NCBI GenBank assembly: GCA_032718475.1
Contig: JAUCBJ010005426.1
Coordinates: forward strand, 1 to 61,594
Source: Nemertoderma westbladi
Taxonomy: Eukaryota; Animalia; Xenacoelomorpha
Length of the DNA stretch: 61,594 bases
Direction: 5' to 3'
The notes under the pieces were generated by a model. It ran no database searches. It was not told the DNA's origin and saw nothing but the letters and a program-made list of their open reading frames with translations. Below, piece by piece: positions 52,101 through 61,594 of the stretch. The translations under genes were made by a program, and so were the position numbers. The stretch's first letter is position 1. Every line of letters begins with the position of its first letter.

Positions 52101-55100
52101 TCCCTCATTATTGTTTGTGTCCATTATTAATGTTTGTGTCCATCCCATCATTAATATTTGTGTCTCTCATCAATATTGGTGCCCATTATTAATATTTGTG
52201 TATATTAGTAATACTTCTGTCCCACATTATTGTTTGTGTCCATTATTAATGTTTGTGTCCACCCCATCATTAATATTTGTGTCTCTCATCAATATTGGTG
52301 CCCATTATTAATATTTGTGTATATTAGTAATACTTCTGTCCCACATTATTGTTTGTGTCCATTATTAATGTTTGTGTCCACCCCATCATTAATATTTGTG
52401 TCTCTCATCAATATTGGTGCCCATTATTAATATTTGTGTATATTAGTAATACTTCTGTCCCACATTATTGTTTGTGTCCCTCATTATTGTTTGTGTCCAT
52501 TATTAATGTTTGTGTCCATCCCATCATTAATATTTGTGTCTCTCATCAATATTGGTGCCCATTATTAATATTTGTGTATATTAGTAATACTTCTGTCCCA
52601 CATTATTGTTTGTGTCCATTATTAATGTTTGTGTCCACCCCATCATTAATATTTGTGTCTCTCATCAATATTGGTGCCCATTATTAATATTTGTGTATAT
52701 TAGTAATACTTCTGTCCCTCATTAATGTTTGTGTCCCTCATTAATGTTTGTGTCCCTCATTATTGTTTGTGTCCATTATTAATGTTTGTGTCCCTCATTA
52801 TTGTTTGTGTCCATTATTAATGTTTGTGTCCATCCCATTATTAATATTTGTGTCTCTCATCAATATTGGTGCCCATTATTAATATTTGTGTATATTAGTA
52901 ATACTTCTGTCCCTCATTAATGTTTGTGTCCCTCATTAATGTTTGTGTCCCTCATTATTGTTTGTGTCCATTATTAATGTTTGTGTCCCTCATTATTGTT
53001 TGTGTCCATTATTAATGTTTGTGTCCATCCCATCATTAATATTTGTGTCTCTCATCAATATTGGTGCCCATTATTAATATTTGTGTATATTAGTAATATT
53101 TCCGTCCCTCATTAATGTTTGTGTCCCACATTATTGTTTGTGTCCATTATTAATGTTTGTGTCCATCCCATCATTAATATTTGTGTCTCTCATCAATATT
53201 GGTGCCCATTATTAATATTTGTGTCCATCCCATCATTAATATTTGTGTCTCTCATCAATATTGGTGCCCATTATTAATATTTGTGTATATTAGTAATATT
53301 TCTGTCCCTCATTAATGTTTGTGTCCCACATTATTGTTTGTGTCCATTATTAATGTTTGTGTCCATCCCATCATTAATATTTGTGTCTCTCATCAATATT
53401 GGTGCCCATTATTAATATTTGTGTATATTAGTAATATTTCTGTCCCTCATTAATGTTTGTGTCCCACATTATTGTTTGTGTCCATTATTAATGTTTGTGT
53501 CCCACATTATTGTTTGTGTCCATTATTAATGTTTGTGTCCATCCCATCATTAATATTTGTGTCTCTCATCAATATTGGTGCCCATTATTAATATTTGTGT
53601 CCATCCCATCATTAATATTTGTGTCTCTCATCAATATTGGTGCCCATTATTAATATTTGTGTATATTAGTAATATTTCTGTCCCTCATTAATGTTTGTGT
53701 ATCTCATTAATGTTTGTGTCCCTCATTAATGTTTGTGTCCCTCATTAATGTTTGTGTCCCTCATTATTGTTTGTGTCCATTATTAATGTTTGTGTCCATC
53801 CCATCATTAATATTTGTGTCTCTCATCAATATTGGTGCCCATTATTAATATTTGTGTATATTAGTAATATTTCTGTCCCTCATTAATGTTTGTGTCCCAC
53901 ATTATTGTTTGTGTCCATTATTAATGTTTGTGTCCATCCCATCATTAATATTTGTGTCTCTCATCAATATTGGTGCCCATTATTAATATTTGTGTATATT
54001 AGTAATATTTCTGTCCCTCATTAATGTTTGTGTCCCACATTATTGTTTGTGTCCATTATTAATGTTTGTGTCCCACATTATTGTTTGTGTCCATTATTAA
54101 TGTTTGTGTCCATCCCATCATTAATATTTGTGTCTCTCATCAATATTGGTGCCCATTATTAATATTTGTGTCCATCCCATCATTAATATTTGTGTCTCTC
54201 ATCAATATTGGTGCCCATTATTAATATTTGTGTATATTAGTAATATTTCTGTCCCTCATTAATGTTTGTGTCCCTCATTATTGTTTGTGTCCATTATTAA
54301 TGTTTGTGTCCATCCCATCATTAATATTTGTGTCTCTCATCAATATTGGTGCCCATTATTAATATTTGTGTATATTAGTAATATTTCTGTCCCTCATTAA
54401 TGTTTGTGTCCCTCATTATTGTTTGTGTCCATTATTAATGTTTGTGTCCACCCCATCATTAATATTTGTGTCTCTCATCAATATTGGTGCCCATTATTAA
54501 TATTTGTGTATATTAGTAATATTTCTGTCCCTCATTAATGTTTGTGTCCCTCATTATTGTTTGTGTCCATTATTAATGTTTGTGTCCATTATTAATGTTT
54601 GTGTCCATTATTAATGTTTGTGTCCATTATTAATTTTTGTGTCCATTATTAATATTTCTGTCCCTCATTAATGTTTGTGTCCCTCATTAATGTTTGTGTC
54701 CATTATTAATATTTTTTGTCCCCCATTAATGTTTGTGTCCCTCATTATTGTTTGTGTCCATTATTAATGTTTGTGTCCACCCCATCATTAATATTTGTGT
54801 CTCTCATCAATATTGGTGCCCATTATTAATATTTGTGTATATTAGTAATACTTCTGTCCCTCATTAATGTTTGTGTCCCTCATTATTGTTTGTGTCCATT
54901 ATTAATGTTTGTGTCCATCCCATCATTAATATTTGTGTCTCTCATCAATATTGGTGCCCATTATTAATATTTGTGTATATTAGTAATACTTCTGTCCCTC
55001 ATTAATGTTTGTGTCCCTCATTATTGTTTGTGTCCATTATTAATGTTTGTGTCCACCCCATCATTAATATTTGTGTCTCTCATCAATATTGGTGCCCATT

Positions 55101-58100
55101 ATTAATATTTGTGTATATTAGTAATACTTCTGTCCCTCATTAATGTTTGTGACCATTATTAATGTTTGTGTCCATTATTAATGTTTGTGTCCATTATTAA
55201 TGTTTGTGTCCATTATTAATGTTTGTGTCCATTATTAATGTTTGTGTCCCACATTAATGTTTGTGTCCATTATTAATTTTTGTGTCCATTATTAATATTT
55301 CTGTCCCTCATTAATGTTTGTGTCCCTCATTAATGTTTGTGTCCATTATTAATATTTTTTGTCCCCCATTAATGTTTGTGTCCCACATTATTGTTTGTGT
55401 CCATTATTAATATTTGTGTCCATCCCATCATTAATATTTGTGTCTCTCACCAATATTGGTGCCCATTATTAATATTTGTGTATATTAGTAATATTTCTGT
55501 CCCTCATTAATGTTTGTGTCCATTATTAATGTTTGTGTCCCTCATTATTGTTTGTGTCCATTATTAATGTTTGTGTCCACCCCATCATTAATATTTGTGT
55601 CTCTCATCAATATTGGTGCCCATTATTAATATTTGTGTATATTAGTAATACTTCTGTCCCTCATTAATGTTTGTGTCCATTATTAATGTTTGTGTCCATT
55701 ATTAATGTTTGTGTCCATTATTAATGTTTTTGTCCATTATTAATTTTTGTGTCCCCCATTTATGTTTGTGCCAATTATTAATATTTTTTGTCCGCCATTT
55801 ATGTTTGTGTCCATTATTAATATTTCTGTCCCTCATTAATGTTTGTGTCCATTATTAATGTTTGTGTCCATTATTAATATTTCTGTCCCTCATTAATGTT
55901 TGTGTCCATTATTAATATTTCTGTCCCTCATTAATGTTTGTGTCCATTATTAATGTTTGTGTCCATTATTAATATTTTTTGCCCCCATTAATGTTTGTGT
56001 CCCACATTATTGTTTGTGTCCATTATTAATGTTTGTGTCCACCCCATCATTAATATTTGTGTCTCTCATCAATATTGGTGCCCATTATTAATATTTGTGT
56101 CTCTCATCAATATTGGTGCCCATTATTAATATTTGTGTATATTAGTAATACTTCTGTCCCTCATTAATGTTTGTGTCCATTATTAATGTTTGTGTCCATT
56201 ATTAATGTTTGTGTCCATTATTAATGTTTGTGTCCATTATTAATTTTTGTGTCCCCCATTTATGTTTGTGCCAATTATTAATATTTTTTGTCCGCCATTT
56301 ATGTTTGTGTCCATTATTAATATTTCTGTCCCTCATTAATGTTTGTGTCCATTATTAATGTTTGTGTCCATTATTAATATTTCTGTCCCTCATTAATGTT
56401 TGTGTCCATTATTAATATTTCTGTCCCTCATTAATGTTTGTGTCCATTATTAATGTTTGTGTCCATTATTAATATTTTTTGCCCCCATTAATGTTTGTGT
56501 CCCACATTATTGTTTGTGTCCATTATTAATATTTGTGTCCACCCCATCATTAATATTTGTGTCTCTCATCAATATTGGTGCCCATTATTAATATTTGTGT
56601 ATATTAGTAATACTTCTGTCCCTCATTAATGTTTGTGTCCATTATTAATATTTTTTGTCCCCCATTAATGTTTGTGTCCCACATTATTGTTTGTGTCCAT
56701 TATTAATGTTTGTGTCCACCCCATCATTAATATTTGTGTCTCTCATCAATATTGGTGCCCATTATTAATATTTGTGTATATTAGTAATACTTCTGTCCCT
56801 CATTAATGTTTGTGTCCATTATTAATATTTTTTGTCCCCCATTAATGTTTGTGTCCCACATTATTGTTTGTGTCCATTATTAATGTTTGTGTCCACCCCA
56901 TCATTAATATTTGTGTCTCTCATCAATATTGGTGCCCATTATTAATATTTGTGTATATTAGTAATACTTCTGTCCCACATTATTGTTTGTGTCCATTATT
57001 AATGTTTGTGTCCATCCCATCATTAATATTTGTGTCTCTCATCAATATTGGTGCCCATTATTAATATTTGTGTATATTAGTAATACTTCTGTCCCTCATT
57101 AATGTTTGTGTCCATTATTAATGTTTGTGTCCCACATTATTGTTTGTGTCCATTATTAATGTTTGTGTCCATCCCATCATTAATATTTGTGTCTCTCATC
57201 AATATTGGTGCCCATTATTAATATTTGTGTATATTAGTAATACTTCTGTCCCTCATTAATGTTTGTGTCCATTATTAATGTTTGTGTCCATTATTAATTT
57301 TTGTGTCCCCCATTTATGTTTGTGCCAATTATTAATATTTTTTGTCCGCCATTTATGTTTGTGTCCATTATTAATATTTCTGTCCCTCATTAATGTTTGT
57401 GTCCATTATTAATATTTTTTGTCCCCCATTAATGTTTGTGTCCCACATTATTGTTTGTGTCCATTATTAATGTTTGTGTCCATTCCATCATTAATATTTG
57501 TGTCTCTCATCAATATTGGTGCCCATTATTAATATTTGTGTATATTAGTAATACTTCTGTCCCTCATGAATGTTTGTGTCCCTCATTTATGTTTGTGTCC
57601 ATTATTAATGTTTGTGTCCATTCCATCATTAATATTTGTGTCTCTAATCAATATTGGTGCCCATTATTAATATTTGTGTATATTAATGTCTTCTTGAGGG
57701 ACTTCTGTCCCTCATTAATGTTTGTGTCCATTATTAATGTTTGTGTCCATTATTAATGTTTGTGTCCATTATTAATGTTTGTGTCCATTATTAATTTTTG
57801 TGTCCCACATTTATGTTTGTGCCAATTATTAATATTTTTTGTCCCCCATTTATGTTTGTGTCCATTAGTAATATTTCTGTCCCTCATTAATGTTTGTGTC
57901 CATTATTAATATTTTTTGTCCCTCATTTATGTTTGTGTCCATTATTAATACTTCTGTCCCTCATTAATGTTTGTGTCCATTATTAATATTTTTTGTCCCC
58001 CATTAATGTTTGTGTCCCACATTATTGTTTGTGTCCATTATTAATGTTTGTGTCCATCCCATCATTGTTTGTGTCCATTATTAATGTTTGTGTCCATCCC

Positions 58101-59901
58101 ATCATTAATATTTGTGTCTCTCATCTATATTGGTGCCCATTATTAATATTTGTGTATATTAGTAACACTTCTGTCCCTCATGAATGTTTGTGTCCCTCAT
58201 TTATGTTTGTGTCCATTATTAATACTTCTGTCCCTCATGAATGTTTGTGTCCCTCATTTATGTTTGTGTCCATTATTAATACTTCTGTCCCTCATTAATG
58301 TTTGTGTCCCTCATTAATGTTTGTGTCCATTATTAATATTTTTTGTCCCCCATTAATGTTTGTGTCCCACATTATTGTTTGTGTCCATTATTAATGTTTG
58401 TGTCCACCCCATCATTGTTTGTGTCCATTATTAATGTTTGTGTCCATCCCATCATTAATATTTGTGTCTCTCATCAATATTGGTGCCCATTATTAATATT
58501 TGTGTATATTAGTAATACTTCTGTCCCTCATTAATGTTTGTGTCCATTATTAATGTTTGTGTCCATTATTAATGTTTGTGTCCATTATTAATTTTTGTGT
58601 CCCCCATTTATGTTTGTGTCCATTATTAATATTTCTGTCCCTCATTAATGTTTGTGTCCATTATTAATATTTTTTGTCCCCCATTTATGTTTGTGTCCAT
58701 TATTAATATTTTTTGTCCCCCATTAATGTTTGTGTCCCACATTATTGTTTGTGTCCATTATTAATGTTTGTGTCCATCCCATCATTGTTTGTGTCCATTA
58801 TTAATGTTTGTGTCCATCCCATCATTAATATTTGTGTCTCTCATCAATATTGGTGCCCATTATTAATATTTGTGTATATTAGTAACATTTCTGTCCCTCA
58901 TTAATGTTTGTGTCCCTCATTATTGTTTGTGTCCATTATTAATGTTTGTGTCCATCCCATCACTAATATTTGTGTCTCTCATCAATATTGGTGCCCATTA
59001 TTAATATTTGTGTATATTAGTAATACTTCTGTCCCTCATTAATGTTTGTGTCCATTATTAATGTTTGTGTCCATTATTAATGTTTGTGTCCATTATTAAT
59101 TTTTGTGTCCCCCATTTATGTTTGTGTCCATTATTAATATTTCTGTCCCTCATTAATGTTTGTGTCCATTATTAATATTTTTTGTCCCCCATTTATGTTT
59201 GTGTCCATTATTAATATTTGTTGTCACTCATTTATGTTTGTGCCCATTATTAATACTTCTGTCCCTCGTTAATGTTTGTGTCCATTATTAATATTTCTGT
59301 CCCTCGTTAATGTTTGTGTCCATTATTAATATTTTTTGTCCCCCATTAATGTTTGTGTCCCACATTATTGTTTGTGTCCATTATTAATGTTTGTGTCCAT
59401 CCCATCATTAATATTTGTGTCTCTCATCAATATTGGTGCCCATTATTAATATTTGTGTATATTAGTAATACTTCTGTCCCTCATTAATGTTTGTGTCCAT
59501 TATTAATGTTTGTGTCCATTATTAATGTTTGTGTCCATTATTAATGTTTGTGTCCATTATTAATGTTTGTGTCCATTATTAATTTTTGTGTCCCCCATTT
59601 ATGTTTGTGCCAATTATTAATATTTTTTGTCCCCCATTTATGTTTGTGTCCATTATTAATATTTCTGTCCCTCATTAATGTTTGTGTCCATTATTAATAT
59701 TTTTTGTCCCCCATTTATGTTTGTGTCCATTATTAATATTTTTTGTCCCTCATTTATGTTTGTGTCCATTATTAATACTTCTGTCCCTCATTAATGTTTG
59801 TGTCCATTATTATTATTTCCGCCCCTCATTAATGTCTCTGTCCCTCATTAATGTTTGGTTCCATTATTAATATTTTTTGTCCCTCATTAATGTTTGTGTC
59901 C
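40199..59901. repeat. ~18-kb AT-rich satellite of 19-bp monomers (ccctcattaatgtttgtgt / ccattattaatgtttgtgt) with higher-order repeats, interrupted at 47400-49014
   Basis: Directly visible. The right half has a recurrent 119-bp 6-monomer unit containing one 24-bp monomer (ccaccccatcattaatatttgtgt). Confidence 0.98.
47400..49014 (+). mobile_element. 1.6-kb non-autonomous Helitron/Helentron-like element (AGGAGCCCG subfamily) inserted in the satellite
   Basis: Removing it restores the monomer ccctcattaa|tatttgtgt (A|T, no TSD). SubTIR aggagcccg (47402-47410) / cgggctcct (48981-48989). 5' hairpin cccgct-tgac-agcggg; 3' hairpin ccagc-cagctt-gctgg followed by CTAG. Confidence 0.85.
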
Positions 59902-60233
59902 TGGCCGTAGCGCAAGGTAAACTATTTACGATGTAAACTAAAAGTATGGAAATACATCAAGTGAGGATCATAGTTATTACTGCAGGATATATTTCCCGAC
60001 AATATAAGTCGAGTTTTTGGCAGTGTGTTTATTTGGAGAGATAATGTAGACCAAAGCCGGGAACGCGACAGACAGTCTGTCTGTTTAAATAATCTTCAGA
60101 GGAGGCCACCGACAGATTGTTGCACCCCTGTGCACAATCTATAGCCAAACAAAAGAAACAGGAACAGGATGGAAGAATAAATTATATTGAGTTAGTGATG
60201 TTCTAGAAAAATCAATTATTTGATTGTAATAAC

Positions 60234-61594
60234 TACACGTTCGTGGGGACTTCGCGCAGCACGAGGCCTAGTTATTATATACAAATTAAAATGCAGCGAC
60301 TGTATCACAAAATCAGGTTTTGAGAAATTTACCCACACCACCAATCAATCAAAGAAAGGTGGACAGTACGTGTTCACCCCTTTTAATCTCCCCCCCCCCC
60401 CCCACCCTTCCCAACCACCAATACATAACCGCGACATCTACCACCCACGGAAGGGTAGCACGAACTTATTTCCAATCGCACGTTAAATATGCAAAGCCAG
60501 GTGGTTTATAGGAATATAATAAACGCAGTACTCGTTTTCATTATAAGCCTCTTTGCGTTCGTCCTGTTTTGTATTTAAATATATTTCTTAAACGCAAGCT
60601 AGGACGATCTTTATAATAATAATAACTAGGGATGCGATCAATATGTGAAGCCAGGTGGTTTATATAATAATTTAGTCAACGCAGTACTCGTCTTCATTAT
60701 ATGCCTCGTTGCGCTCGTCGCTTGTCCTGTTTTGTCATAAAATATTTTTCCTAAACACAGACTGTCGATCTTTATACAGTTATAACTATGCGAAGTTTCG
60801 AAACTGTGCGAGTAACTGTTGATACATCTATGTGGAGATGTGTGATATGTGGAGATGTGTGATACAACGCCAACGCATCTTATGCCGATGTAGTAATATG
60901 GGTATTGAAATAATATTAAATCAATTTACACTCTTAAAGCTGCAGCGAAAAAATGTAGCTAATTTCCTAGGTTACATATAAAATAATAATATTATTTTTA
61001 AGAACATTAATTTTACTACTTTGCAAAAATTCAATTAAAAAATAACCAGACATATACATTGTGGAATAAACTATTTCAGAAGCCTACAACAGCCATGCCA
61101 TGGATTGTATTTATGTTATTATATCTGTCATTTAACTGAGATAGCAATAGTAGTAATAGTCGAACGGTTATGCGGCCCGTCCAGCCTATAATAAACACAA
61201 TTCAGTGATTGGGCTGGAATAGCAATACTGGTTGCCTCTATTACAATTCCTCTCAGGTTAGTCTACAGCCACAACTCCCAGCAGCTAGCTCCACACCAGC
61301 AGAGACTTGACCAATAATGGGAAGGATTAAATTTGTACTCAATAATTGTGCGGTTTAATTACGTTTAGATCAATTAAAGACACATTTATTAAAGCAAATC
61401 ACTTAAACTAATTAAAAACTATAATAGAATGGCGTATGGGGATTATATCTGTATAATTTTTAAGTATAATTATTTAAATCTTATACTGTAAAACAATTAA
61501 TTTCCTTTAAAAGGCAGGTTGAAAATGGCGTTTTCACCGCAATCAACTTAATTAACTAATTAACTGCTATTATCTTAGCTCCTCGAAGGCCACA
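60234..61594 (-). mobile_element. Second (inverted) copy of the element at 713-1752, running off the window end
   Basis: 60234-61017 is the reverse complement of ~971-1752 and 61515-61594 of ~890-970. The ~500 bp at 61018-61514 are absent from the left copy. Confidence 0.85.

Noticed and set aside
50771-59870. Hydrophobic Cys-rich ORFs in the large satellite
   Set aside because: Chance translations of the 19/119-bp repeat, with non-ATG starts and frequent stops.
713-61594. Giant TIR element (Polinton/Maverick or Teratorn-like) bounded by the terminal inverted repeats
   Set aside because: No integrase, polB or capsid genes inside. The enclosed host gene appears to continue beyond the left repeat, and the repeat has its own Helitron-like termini with related fragments elsewhere.

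Overview
This is AT-rich eukaryotic (most likely invertebrate animal) genomic DNA, and more than half of it is tandem repeat. It has no prokaryotic features and no CRISPR array. Two genes have single-exon coding sequences: proteasome subunit alpha-3/PSMA4 (+) and an SLC52-family riboflavin transporter (-). A large Ser/Arg/acidic-rich multi-exon gene of unknown function lies on the minus strand; I assembled it by hand from phase-compatible GT-AG exons (32635 down to 20809, and probably on to 8465-8259 and 2745-2089, which would put PSMA4 and SLC52A inside one of its introns). Mobile DNA includes three decayed RTE-like LINE fragments, a degenerate DD41D-type Tc1/mariner with ~150-bp TIRs, a nested MITE/hAT-like structure, and several non-autonomous rolling-circle (Helitron/Helentron-like) elements sharing a subTIR + hairpin + CTAG architecture. 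The most notable pattern is that several satellites are amplified functional junctions. Two intronic arrays (19-bp x ~63 and 32-bp x ~190) are tandem copies of the exon/5'-splice-site junction they abut, and a 43-bp x ~40 array is the reiterated 5' terminus of a Helitron-like element. All coordinates and copy numbers were read by eye and are approximate where marked; no database searches were run.
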